From: Malacoraja senta
Lineage: Eukaryota
DNA length: 64,000 bases
Assembly: GCA_038087875.1 (NCBI GenBank)
Contig: CM075986.1
Coordinates: forward strand, 28,396,001 to 28,460,000
Reading direction: 5' to 3'
Position 1 is the first letter of the stretch. Each line of letters starts with the position of its first letter. The notes beneath the pieces are model-generated. The model did not search any database. It saw only the letters and a program-made list of their open reading frames with translations, and was not told where the DNA came from. Below, in pieces: positions 1-13,400 of the stretch. Both the position numbers and the translations under genes were made by a program.

Positions 1-167
1 ATTGATTTTAAAAAACAAAACCAGTGCCTCCAACCAGCTTCACAGCCTGGAAAGTGCTTTAGGATATCCAGAGTTCATGAATCACACTACGTAAATAGAA
101 ATGCTTCCCTTTATGGAAAAGCATTTACATGATCAAAATTATGCCAGAGGACATAATAACTATATAG

Positions 168-355
168 TATTTTTATAGCATATATTTATATATAATACTA
201 GCAATGCAAAAATTGATTCGCAATCGAGTTGGGAATCGTTATAGAACTTGTGACAAAGAACAATCGCCACAAGTTCTATAATAATTCCCAACATTGGAAT
301 CAATTTTTGCATAGCCAGTACTATATTTGTAAATATACAGTATACTATAAAAATA
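168..355. repeat. Long imperfect inverted repeat (~85-bp arms, 15-nt loop)
   Basis: tatagaacttgtg/cacaagttctata, gttgggaat/attcccaac, gcaaaaattgattc/gaatcaatttttgc, tatttttatag/ctataaaaata. Confidence 0.85.
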
Positions 356-1279
356 AAATATTTTAAACAATTTTTACTTTAAAATTCAAACTGGGCATTT
401 TGTGCACAGTGCTACTGTAGTGTCATGTGTTGTCATGCAGAGAACATGTTATTTACAAAGCTAGAATGTAGAAACAAGGAACTGCAGATGCTGGTTAATA
501 GGCAAAAGGACACAAAGTGCTAGAGTAACTCAGCAGGTCAGGCAGCATGTCTAGAGAACATGACCCGACCCAAAACATTGCCGAACCATGTTCTCCAGAG
601 ATGCTGCCCGACCTGTTGAATTACTCCAGCATTTTGCGTCCATTTATAGACACAAGAAGCTGGAGTAACTCAGCGGGACAGGCAGCATCTCTGGAGAGAA
701 GGAATGGGTGACGCTTCGGGTCGAGACCCTTCTTCCATTTATTTACAGACTTGTGCTGCTGCAGTAATTTGTAATGAAACAAATGTTATTGTTCCATTTC
801 ACCACATATGACAATGAACCACTCTTGACATACTTGTCCACTTTTGCAAACCTTTCCTTTCTTTGCTCATTGAAAATCTTTCTAACTAAAGTGTAGGAAG
901 GAACTGCAGATGCGGGTTTAAACCCAAAATAGACACAAAGTGCTGGAGTAACTCAGTGGGACAGGCAGCATCTACTGGAGAGAAGTATGTGAAGTTGAGG
1001 TTACAATCAAATCAGCCATGATCTTGTTAAATGGTGGAGCAGGCTCAGGGAGTGACTGCCTTCTCACGCAGCCACAAAAGTGGCCACAATTGAGGACGAG
1101 GAACAGAAATTCCTCTGGTATCCTGGATAATATCCCGTTACAACAGGGCACATCATTGGCATTTCTTATGACCTCAGTGTATCCCACCACTGCATGCCAT
1201 GTACAATTTACCACATTACTGCAGTCATTACATTTCAAGAGTCGAGATTCTCGAGATCTTTGGGTGCTGAAATATTTAC

Positions 1280-1424
1280 CTGTAGCTTTAACTCGGCTGT
1301 GGGCTCCACTTCCCGCTGGGTCTGTTTTCTCAGATCAACCCAGTCCAGAAACTTCTCCTTGAATAAAATCGTTTCATTGTGCTGCGATAAACGACCAAAA
1401 ATGACCCACTCAGGTCGCCCCTGT
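1280..1424 (-). CDS. SVIL: SVIL-like exon ([28 protein letters not shown]...ELKLQ)
   Basis: ttctccag / CAG|gtaaat; phase 2 to 0. Translated by hand. Confidence 0.93.
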
Positions 1425-4400
1425 CTGGAGAAAAGGAATTAACTTTTAACTTTGTAAGACAATAGACAATAGACAATAGACAATAGGTGCAGGAGTAGGC
1501 CATACCCCGTTCCTGCCTTCTCCCCATATCCCCTGACCGCTATTTTTAAGAGCCCTATCTAGCTCTCTCTTGAAAGCATCCAGAGAACCTGCCTCCACCG
1601 CCCTCTGAGGCAGAGAATTCCACAGACTCACCACTCTCTGTGAGAAAAAGTGTTTCCTCGTCTCCGTTCTAAATGGCTTACTCCTTATTCTTAAACTGTG
1701 TGGCCCCTGGTTCTGGACTCCCCCAACATCGGGAACATGTTTCCTGCCTCTAGTGTATCCAAGCCCTTAACAATCTTATATGTTTCATTGAGATACCCTC
1801 TCATCCTTCTAAACTCCAGTGTACAACCCCAGCTGCTCCATTCTCTCAGCATATGACAGTCCCGCCATCCCGGGAATTAACCTTGTAAACCTACGCTGTA
1901 CTCCCTCAATAGCAAGAATGTCCTTCCTCAAATTAGGGGACCAAAACTGCACACAATACTCCAGGTGTGGTCTCACTAGGGCCCTGTACAACTGCGGAAA
2001 GACCTCTTTGCTCCTATATTCGATTCCTCTTGTTATAAAGGCCAACATGCCATTCGCTTTCTTCACTGCCTGCTGTACCTGCATGCTTACTTTCATAGAC
2101 TGATGTACAAGGACCCCCAGATCCCGTTGTACTTCCCCTTTTCCCAACTTGACGCCGTTTAGATAGTAGCTGTTGTTAATAAAAATAACTCAGTGAGATT
2201 TTGAGCATAGCTAAGGGCCTGTGACCATTGATTTTACAAAAGCAATCCAAAACTAACAATGCTGCTTTGATCTCCTGAGTCTATTCCACTACCTCAACTA
2301 ATTAGCCACAATCTCTCCAATGATAACCTCACCCACTCTCAGCTCCACCAACCTTTGCATAAAGTCCTTGGTAATCTCTCTCCTCACCCAGATTACACCA
2401 ATTCTTATTATTTTCAGTTTGTTTAGTTTATTGTCATGTTTACCAAGGTATAGTGACAAGCTTTGATGATCTTTTCCCATCCGTTCAAAAAACAAGGAAC
2501 AGCAGATGCTGGTTTAAAAATCAGGACACAAAGTGCCAGAGTAATTCAACAGGTCAGGCAGCATCTCTGGAGAACATTTACAGGTGATGTTTTGGATCGG
2601 GACCCTTCCGTAACTTCACAATGACTTACAATTGGTGACGTCAGCAGTTGATGGGAGCAGTTCACGGTAGATTTCAGTTTTTACAGTTATAGCGTGGAAA
2701 CAGACTCTTTGGCCTAATGAGTCTCTTTCGACCATCTATCACCTGCTAATACTAGTTCTATGTTATCCCTCTTTCTCATCCATCCTCTACACACAAAGGG
2801 CAATTTACAAAGCCCAATTTACCTCCAAACCCGCATGTCTTTGGATGTGGGAGGAAACTGGAGCACCCAGGGGAAACCCATGCATTCACAGGGAGAACAT
2901 GTAAACACCACAAAGACAGCATCAGAGGTCAGGTGTTGTGAAGCAGTAGTTCTGCCAGATTTTTACTCGCTATCCCCACAGCATCTCCAAAACCTGCACT
3001 GTCTACGGCTAAGACAAATGAAGGTACTGTAACTGATGCATGGCGACCTAGTCAGCTGAAGGTTTCTCTCCGAGATACACACCACACTGATTTGATGATC
3101 CAGCTGCGATGCTTCAGTCATGGAATGCCTAACGCCATTGTGTGAGACATTCACCAAAATCTCTGCAGCAATTCAATAACTCCCAGGGTTTAATATCACC
3201 TTCTCAATGGCAAACGGCCAGGCAATAAAATGAAGGGCGGCACAGTGGTAGAGTACTGCACCAGAGACCCGGGTTCAATTCCGACCACAGGTGCTGTCTG
3301 TATGGAGTTTGTATGTTCACCCCGTGACCGCGTGGGCTTTCTCCAGGAGCTCCGTTTTCCGCCCACAATCCAAAGATGTACAGAGTTGTAGGTTAATTGC
3401 CTTTTGTAAACGATAAATTGTCCCTAGTGTGGAGGATAGTGCTTGTGTACGGGGTGATCGCCGGTTGGCACGGCCTATTTTAAAGGTGGCCTTGTCAGTG
3501 ATGGCCAGATGAAAAAACAAAAAAACAAATCAATATATTAACAAATTTAGAAACTGCTCGAGTTCTCAATAGATTGGCACCAAAATGTGGAGAGAGAAAA
3601 AGAGTTGATGTTTCAGAACAGTGTCAATGGAATGTCATTCCCTCCTCCCCCGGAAGCTGCCGACCCTCAGCAGGCAAACGGCGCATGGTTCATGTCTTTC
3701 TTTGTATTTCTATTTTTTTTAAATATTTATTTCTTAATTTAAATTAGCTTTAGAATGTTTTTGAGAATCAGGGACATGGCATAGCCAGTTGTCAACATTC
3801 TTTGCACTGTAGTGTGTGTGAGGTATGATGTCCATCCACAGTGTCACCAGGTGATGGAGGCAGCTTCTCAACGCGGGTTGTCACTGGGGCTGTGGGTGTG
3901 GTAAGTGCCAGGGCATGATGGAGCAGGCTGTGAGTGTGAGTATCCATCAGCGACAGTGACAGGCAACAAGTGTGAGTGGTGAGTGTGAGTATGGAGCATG
4001 GACTGCACGCAGGCGGCTAGTGTGAGTGTTGCACGTGAGCAGTGAGGAGCATCAAGTGTGGGCAGTGAACGGCATCTGTGAGGAGTGAGTGTGAGTATTG
4101 ACTGCAGACAGTAAACACAAGCAGTGAGGGTGAAGGGTGAGTGTGTGTATTGACTACACACAGGTGATGATTGTGAGCAGTGAGTTTGTAGTGACTACAC
4201 ACAGGTGATGATTGTGAGCAGTGAGTGTGTGTATTGACTACACAGGTGATGATTGTGAGCAGTGAGTGTGTGTATTGACTACACACAGGTGATGATTGTG
4301 AGCAGTGAGTGTGTGTATTGACTACACAGGTGATGATTCACAGGCAATGAATGTGAGGGGTGGGTGTGTGTACTGACAGTGAACACAGGAGATGAGTGAA

Positions 4401-7400
4401 GCAATGTATGGAGGAGGGTGAATGTCGGTGCTGGCTGTGAGTCATAAGTTATATCCTCATCTCCAGTACCCGTCCTCCTTCAGGTCCCCGAGTAGGATTG
4501 TCTAATTGGTGACTGTGAGGAGGATTTACAGAGAAGTGTCCAGGAGATGATGTTTAATTTATACAGTGTAGAAACAAGCCCTTCGCCCACAGAGTCCGCA
4601 CCAATAAGTGATCACCCCGCACACATTAGGGACAATTTACAAATGTACCAAAGCCAGTTAACCTACAAACCAGTACGTCCTTGGAATGTGGGAGGAAAAC
4701 GGATATCCTGGACTAAACCCACGCAGGTCACGGGGAGAACGTACAAACTCCATGCAGGCACCACCCGCAGTCAGGATCGAACCCGGGTCTTTGGCACTGT
4801 AAGGCAGCAACTTTACCACTGCGCCACCGTGCTGCACAAAATGTCATGTTCTGGAGATGAAAAGATCATTCTCCGCGGCTTTATAATGACACCTTCTGGA
4901 GACACTAGATTGAACCCAATGGATGTGGATGTGGAGGTTGAGATTGGGGAACATTGCTGACACTTGTTGTCCAGCCAGACAGAAGGATAATGGCCATTCT
5001 GCCACAGCCTCAGCACCCCCCAGTGTCCAGCACCAGACTGGACACAATGAGGATCGATATTGTTGCAACATTAACTCACTGTTGGACGATGTTCCTCGTG
5101 GCCCCTGGGTCCAGGGGGTTGATGACATAGTTGCTGTAGTCGTAGGAACTGCTCAGCAGCTGCTTGCCCAAGTGCAGCGCCGTCTTTCGCTGTGTCAGCG
5201 TCACCTCCTTGCCATGCCAAATGTACAACTCACTGCCAAAGTCAAGAACCAGTACCTGCAAGCAAAGAGCGAATAAACTCAACCATCAAATCCACTGGCT
5301 CGCCATCAACATGGGAAACATTTGTTGTGTTGGAAGGAACTGCAGATGCTGGTTTAAAGACAGACACAACATGCTGGAGTAACTCAGCAGGACAGGCAGC
5401 ATCTCTGGAGAGAAAGAATAAGTAACATTTCGGGTCGAGACCCTTCTTCCGATTGACTGCCAATAATACTCCACATACCTAGGTACAGTGAAGTTCCCTT
5501 TTTACATACATTTTAGTAAAAATCTTACTATACATCATACTTTATATCAACGGGTCGATGGTGGAGAGGGTCAAGAGCTTCAAATTCCTGGGCGTGCATA
5601 TCTCTGAAGATCTCTCCTGGTCCGTGAACACTGATGCAATCATAAAGTAAGGACATCAGCGCCTCTACTTCCTGAGAACATTACGGAGAGTCGGTATGTC
5701 AAGGAGGACTCTCTCGAACTTCTACAGGTGCACAGTAGAGAGCATGCTGACTGGTTGCCTCGTGGCTTGGTACAACTTGAGCTCCCAGGAGCGGAAAAGA
5801 CTGCAAAAAGTCGTAAACACTGCTCAGTCCATCATCGGCTCTGACCTCCCTACCATCAAAGGGATCTATCGCAGTCGCTGCCTCAAAAAGGCTGGCAGCA
5901 TCATCAAGGACCCACAACATCCTGGCCACACACTCATCTCCCCGCTGCCTTCAGGTAGAAGGTACAGGAGGAGCCTGAAATCTGCAACATCCAGGTTCAG
6001 GAATAGCTGGTTCCCCACAGCAATCAGATTATTAAACTCAACTCAAACAAAATCTGAACATTAGTAGCCCATTGCACTTTATCTGTTTATTTATGTGTGT
6101 GTATATATATATTCAATAGTATATGGTCACACTGATCTGTTCAGTATTTATTTATGCCTACTATATTCTGTTGTGCTGAAGCAAAGCAAGAATTTCATTG
6201 TCCTATCTGGGACACACGACAATAAACTCTCTTGAATCTTGAATCTTGAATCTACTCTAATTACTCCGGCGTGTCTGTCGAAGGTTGGTCAAGAAAACTG
6301 TCGAGAGAACAAAGAGAGACCCAGTATGTGGCCCAAGGGAACAAAGAGGGACCTGGCATGGGGGGTCACTGAGAACAGTGGGACCTGGCATGGGGAGGGC
6401 CACTGAGAGAACAGAGAGGAACCATTGGGACTACAATGAATACTTTGTAACACTGTCGGCACCCTATAATTGGCGACTCTTTGCATATTTTGTGTATGCA
6501 AGACAAACACTTTCAGTGTCAAATGTGATAATAAGTATCATTCATTCACTCACTCATTCATTCACCAGGGTAAATTACACTGAGGCAGTACACAAGAGTT
6601 GTCATGTTTCCAGCCACACTTGTCTCCCTCAAGATCAAAGTTGTGGAAGATACAGAAGCTCAAAAACACTCGTACCTCCTTTGAACTCAGCATGGAGCAG
6701 CGAGGGATCTTTCCCCACCATTCCGTGTCTGGGACAAGCTTGTCGTCCACCAGGCGATATATGTGGTTTGTTTCGATGATTGCAGCTTCATACATCTCAT
6801 CTTCTTCAGGGTCCCCAGCATCTGCAGACACACACAAAAGTCACCACCACAGGGGCGGCAGCCAGACAGATGCTCCCAGACTGCTGGAGGACAACCACAT
6901 GCGGAGCTCACGGTGGGTGGGGTCTCAGCAGCTGGACTGCCCATCCATCAGCACAATGCTCTCCCAGAGGCGAAGCAAGAGGGTGGGAGGGGGTGTGAGA
7001 GGGTGTGAGAACGAGCAGTACGGTGAGAGAGGCTCGGGGAATGCTGGTGAGCAAACGTTAGAGGCTTAGAGAATGAGAGAGATTGTGAGAAATTTGAGAA
7101 GGTTTGAGAAGAGGATTGAGGGAGAGGCTTGGGAGAGAGCAGGTGTGTGGGTGGAAAGGGAGAATGTGGGAATGAGGGTGAGAGAGAGGAACGTGGGAAG
7201 TAAAGTGAGGATGACTGTGGGAGAGAGGGCAGTGGGCAGGGAAGTGAGGGTGGAAATAGGAACAGCAACATTAGAAACAGTGCAGACTAAGCCAGATGGC
7301 ACTTTGAGCAGCTCTGCTCTTCAGTACATAGAAACATAGAAAATAGGTGCAGGAGGAGTAGGCCATTCAGCCCTCCGAGCCTGCACCTCCATTCAATATG

Positions 7401-10400
7401 ATCATGGCTGATCATCCAACTCAGTATCCTGTACCTGCCTTCTCTCCATACCCCCTGATCCCTTTAGCCACAAGGGCCACATCTAACTCCCTCTTAAATA
7501 TAGCCAATGAACTGGCCTCAACTACCTTCTGTGGCAGAGAATTCCAGAGATTCACTACTCTCTGTGTGAAACATGTTTTTCTCATCTCGGTCCTAAAAGA
7601 CTTCCCCCTTATCCTTAAACTGTGACCCCTTGTTCTGGACTTCCCCAACATCGGGAACAATCTTCCTGCATCTAGCCTGTCCAACCCCTTAAGAATTTTG
7701 TAAGTTTCTATAAGATCCCCCCTCAATCTTCTAAATTCTAGCGAGTACAAGCCGAGTCTATCCAGTCTTTCTTCATATGAAAGTCCTGACATCCCAGGAA
7801 TCAGTCTGGTGAACCTTCTCTGTACTCCCTCTATGGCAAGAATGTCTTTCCTCAGATTAGGAGACCAAAACTGTACGCAATACTCCAGGTGTGGTCTCAC
7901 CAAGACCCTGTACAACTGCAGTAGAACCTCCCTGCTCCTATACTCAAATCCTTTTGCTATGAATGTTAACATACCATTCGCTTTCTTCACTGCCTGCTGC
8001 ACCTGCATGCCTACTTTCAATGACTGGTGTACCATGACACCCAGGTCTCGTTGCATCTCCCCTTTTCCTAATCGGCCACCATTAATTTGTGGCTGACCCG
8101 ATCCTTGCTTCAGTCCCCTCCCTTGCCAGTTCTCTGTAGCACTCAACCTTGCTAGGATCCAATATAATATACACCTGAGCCGTGAACTGATTCAATGATA
8201 CCATCTCCACTGCTCTCCAGGGTAGAGAATTCCAGAGATTCATGACCTTTTAAAGAAAGATATTCCTCCTCATCTCAGTCTTTACTGGGTGACTCTTTAC
8301 AGTGAAACGGTCCACAGTTCTGGATTCCCCACAAGGGGTAGCATCCTTACTTCCTCCACCTTGTCAAGACCCTCACAATCTTAGCATTCAATAAAATTAC
8401 CTCATTTTCCTGAACCTTATTAAGCATTGACTGCATCTGGTCAAACTTTCCCACAGAGCCAAACACTTCATTCCAGGAGATAACCGATTCTAACTTGCTT
8501 TTAAAACAAGTCTATGCTCCTTAATTAAAGAAACAAACACAAGATGTAATACTCCACTTATGGTTTCACCCAAACATGCTGCTGTGGTTGCTGGACTTCC
8601 CCACATTGGTCCTCCATGCTCCATGCAATAAGGGCCATCATTTCACTTATCCCACAATGCCTCAGAAAAACATAAACAACGACTTGTCTCACCCTGGTCA
8701 TTCTTTTTTCTCCCCACTCCTGTCAGGCTGAAGGTTCAAAAGATTGAAAGCGAACACCACCAGACTCAGGAACAGCTTCTTCCACTCTGTTATCAGGCTT
8801 CTGAACGGTCCTTCCATAAGCTAGGGTACTGTCTGATTCACTTCCACCTCATCTACTGTCCGGTTCACCAATACCCCATTGCAGACATTGAACTTTGTCT
8901 CTGGAACTGGTGCACTACTGGGAGTCATAGAATCATAAAGAGATACAGTGTGGAAACAGGCTCTTCGGCCCAACTTGCCCACACCGGCCAACATGTCCCA
9001 GTCACAGCAGTCCCATCTGCCCACATTTGGTCCATATCCCCCCAAACCTGCCCTATCCATGTACCTGTCTAACTGTTTCTTAAATGCTGGGATAGTCCCT
9101 GCCTCAACTACCTCCTCTGGCAGCATGTTCCATGCACCCACCACCCTTTGTGAGAAAAAGTCACCCCTCAGATTCCTATTAAATCTTTTCCCCTTCACAT
9201 GAAACCTACAGTACGTCTTCTGGTCCTCGATTCCCCTACTCTAGCCAAGAGATTCTATGCATCTACCCAATCTATTCCTCTCATGATCTTACACACCTCT
9301 ATAAGATCAACCCTCATCCTCCTACGCTCCAAGGAATAGAGTTCCAGCCTACTCAACCACTTCCTATAGCTCAGACCCACTAGTCCTGGCAACAACCTCG
9401 TAAATCTTCTCTGTACCCTTTCCAGCTTGACAACATCTTTTCTATAACACGGTGTCCAGAACAGAACACAATACTCTAAATGTGGCCTCACCGATGTCTT
9501 ATACAACTGCAACATGACCCAACTTCAAAACTCAATACTCTGGCTGATGAAGGCCAATGTGCCAAAAGCTTTTCTGACCACCCGATCTACCTGCAACTCG
9601 ACCTTCAAAGAACCATGCCCCTGTACTCCTAGATCCCCCTGCCCAGAGGCCAACCATTTACCGTGTAGGTCCTGCCCATGTTAGACGTTCAAAAATGCAA
9701 CACCTCACATTTCTCTGTATGAAATTCCATCTACCATTCGTCCGCCCATCTGGCCAATCGATCAAGATCCTGCTGTAATTTTTCACAACCATCTTCACTA
9801 TCTGCAAAGCCACCCACTTTTGTATCATCTGCAAACTTGCTAATCTTGCCCTGTATGTTCTCATCCAAATCATTGTAAATGACAAACAGCACCAAACCCT
9901 GAGGCACACCACTAGTCACAGGCCTCCAGTCCGAGAAGCTACTTTCCACCATCACCCTTTGCTTCCTTCCATGAAGCCAATTTTTCTATCCATTCACCTA
10001 TCCCTCCTTGGATCCCATGCAAACTAACCTTCCAGAGCAGATTACCATGTGGAACCTTGTCGAATGCTTTGCTGAATTCCATATATAATGCATCTACAGC
10101 TCTGCCCTCATCATAAAACTCAATCAGATTTGCAAGACACGACCTCCCATGTACAAAACCATGCTGACTGAAGAAGGGTCTCGACCCAAAATGTCACCCA
10201 TTCCTTCTCTCCAGAGATGCTGCCTGACCCGATTAGTTACTCCAGCATTTTGTGTCTACCATGCTGACTATTGCTTATCTAAAGGCCTGTATATCCTAAC
10301 CCATAGAATACTCTGTAGTAACTTTCCAACTGCAGATGTTAATCTCACCGGCCTATTGTTCCCAGCATTTTCCCTGCAGCCCTTCTTGAATAGAGGCACA

Positions 10401-13400
10401 ACATTTGCCACCCTCCAGTCTTCTGACACCTCTCCTGTATTTAAAGACGACTCGTAAATTTCAACCAGGGCTCCCACAATTTCCTCTTTGGTTTCCCACA
10501 ATGTCCTCAGATATATCTGATCAGGCCCTGGAGATTTGTCTTTATACATGATGGTACATTCAGCACCTCTTTGACCGTAACACTGACCATATCCATAACT
10601 ATCGTAAACCTAATCGAACAGTGGTCACTGGTCCTAAAAGGTTCTTCCACGAACACTTCATTCACTTGACCTTCCCAATTTTCCAAGACGAGAACAAGTT
10701 GCCCTGACACGCGTGGGGCCCTCTACTTACTGCTGGAGAAAACTCTCCTGAACACCTTTGAGAAATTGCACCCCATCAACCTTTCATGCTATGATTTCCC
10801 CAGATTATATTGGGAAAATTAAAATCCCCTACTATAACAACTTATTTGACCTGCAGCTGTCTGCAATCTCCTGGCACATTTGTTCTTCTAATTTCCCTTT
10901 CTTGTTCCTCAGCTCCACCCATATAGCCTCACTAAACGAACTGTCCATAATGTCACCTCTGAACACAGCCGTGACATCCTCCTTAGTCAACAATGCAACC
11001 CCCCTCCCCTTTTTCCCTCGCCCCGGTCTCTCCTGAAGCTCCTGTACCCTGGAACATTGAGCTGTCAGTCCTGCCCCTCCCTTAACCAGGTTTCAGTCAT
11101 GGCTACAACGTCCCAGTCGCTCGTACCTATCTATGCCCTAAGCTCATCTGCCTTACCCGTCAGGCCCCTTGCATTAAAATATGTGCAGTTTAAACCTCGC
11201 TCTCCGCCTTTCACCTGTTTATTCTGTTCTCTAACCTTTCTCTCAACACCCTCCAAAAACACCTTCTAACCTCTCACCTGCCTCGGTATGAGATCCCACC
11301 CCCCTGCCAATCTAGTTTAAATCTACCAGTGTAGCATCAGCAAAGCTGCCCGCTAGGATGTTGGTCCTCCTCCAGTTAAGGTGTAACCCGTCCCTTTTGT
11401 ACAGGTCACCGCTGCCCCAGAAGAGATCCCAATGGTCCAGATATCTAAATCCCTGCCCCCTGCACCAACTCCTCAGCCACACATTAATCTCCGGTATCTT
11501 TCTGTTTTTACCCTCACCAGCACAAGGTATTAGAGCATGAAGTTGGGATCTAGTTGAATTCATTGTCATACCCACAGGTATGGTGAGGTGCATTTTGCGA
11601 AAATGTTCAATACAAGATACTCAGCAAATAAATACTTGTGTTGGAAGATCCATGGCTTCATGAAATCCTTCCATCGATTCAATTCATTTGAGTAAATTCT
11701 TGGCAACTAGTGGGTGATCCACTGACTAATGACATTGCATTATTCTGATGTTCTTACCTTGATATTCCATCTGGCCACCAAGGAGATCCCAGAAGTCCTT
11801 GGTCCGTTTGCTTTGGTTGTTAATGCCCTCTTCGATAACGGTGACCGTTGCCGCCCGGCACCCCAGTTCACGTTTTGTCTGGATGAAATTAGCCAGCTCT
11901 GATGCCTAAAGGAAGGGAAGCAACCAATGGTCACCACTCAACCACTCAAGGAAATCAAGAACAAAACAGACAGTGATATCCACGTCCAAAGGTTTGGTCA
12001 GTCCAAGTATATGGTGAATGCTTCTCAATGGTATCTGTGGTAAAGTTATGGTAGACGCTTCCCTTAGATCACTTTGATGGTTGGGAGGTCAGTACCTATG
12101 ATGGACCAGGCACTGTCCACCACTTTCTGTAGTCTCCTGTATTCCTGAGTGTTCAAGTTTAGATTAGATTGGATGTACAGCATGGAAACAGGCCTTTTGG
12201 CTTATTGAGGCGTCAGGGGGCGATCCTGATGTGTGAGGAGTGAGTGAGAGCACATTTAGTGAGTGGGACATCTCCCTGCCAACATCACACTGCCTGCAAC
12301 ACTTCCAATCAACTGCGTTCCTCATATCTGTTCACCGTGATGTGAAATTATTCAGTCATCAAGCTTACTCAAGCGTTTGGTCAGTCAGAAGAAATGGAGA
12401 CCTGTAAAAACTCGGGTGGTGGGTTGGGATCAGTCATGACCTCACTGACTGGCGGCCTGGCCTGGGCTGGACTCACCCTGATCCTGCTTCTTGTGTTGTT
12501 AAATGGTTTCAGTGCAGACATGAAGCTCGATGGTCAGGATGGATCTGGGCTGCTGAAGTTGTGACGCAGTAACACTAAGTATTGTGTCCTTCAAGGGAAA
12601 CTCCAATGACGCATAGGAAATACTAAACATTTGATATGACAGCCAACAAGAAGCTACCAAGGATTTGAAATGGACTCAGCCTCAATAGCTTTGTCAGGCA
12701 AGGATTCCAGGTTTCCATTTCTTTCTGTGAAGCTTCTTCCGAGTTTCACTTCTGCTGGATTAGTTCCAATGTGAAGGATATACTACCTTGATCAGGACTC
12801 CTGCAACAAAGGATATAGATCCCCTATGTCCATCCAAAATTACTTGAACAATTTCATCATCCCGATACTTTCTAGGCCTGGTCATGTGAATCACTAGAAC
12901 GTCAGTGGACTTTTAGTTTAGTTTCGAGATACAGTGCAGAAACAGGCCCTTCGGCCCAGCGAATACATGCCGACCGGCACACTAACATTATCCAACACAC
13001 ACTGGGGACAATTTACAATTATACCAAGTCAATTAACCGACAAACCTGTACATCTTTGGAGTGCGGGAGGAAACCGGACCACCTGGACAAAACCCACGCA
13101 GGTCACGGGGAGAACGTGCAAACTCCGTACAGACAGCACCCGTAGTCAGGATTGAACCCAGGTCTCTGGCGCTTTAAGGTTGCAGCTCTAGAGCTGCGCC
13201 ACCGTATCGCCCTCTCCAAGCATGCCGACCTCCAGAGATGAGCTGAGCAGTAAGTGCAAGCATCCACAATGAACTGTACTGAAGGAGTCAGACTTAGCAG
13301 GCGTACGTACCTTGGAGCGCTCGATGACATTGGCGAACTCGCCAATCCACAGGAAGCAGTGCTGAGCCGTGACCAGCAGGAAGCAGTCTCCACTGTTGAG

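Noticed and set aside
3235-3310. tRNA gene
   Set aside because: tRNA-derived SINE head followed by a V-domain; no complete cloverleaf.
4138-4340. CRISPR-like array
   Set aside because: Tandem repeat without unique spacers, in a vertebrate genome.
7073-7339. Arg/Glu/Gly-rich ORF
   Set aside because: Purine-rich low-complexity intron sequence.
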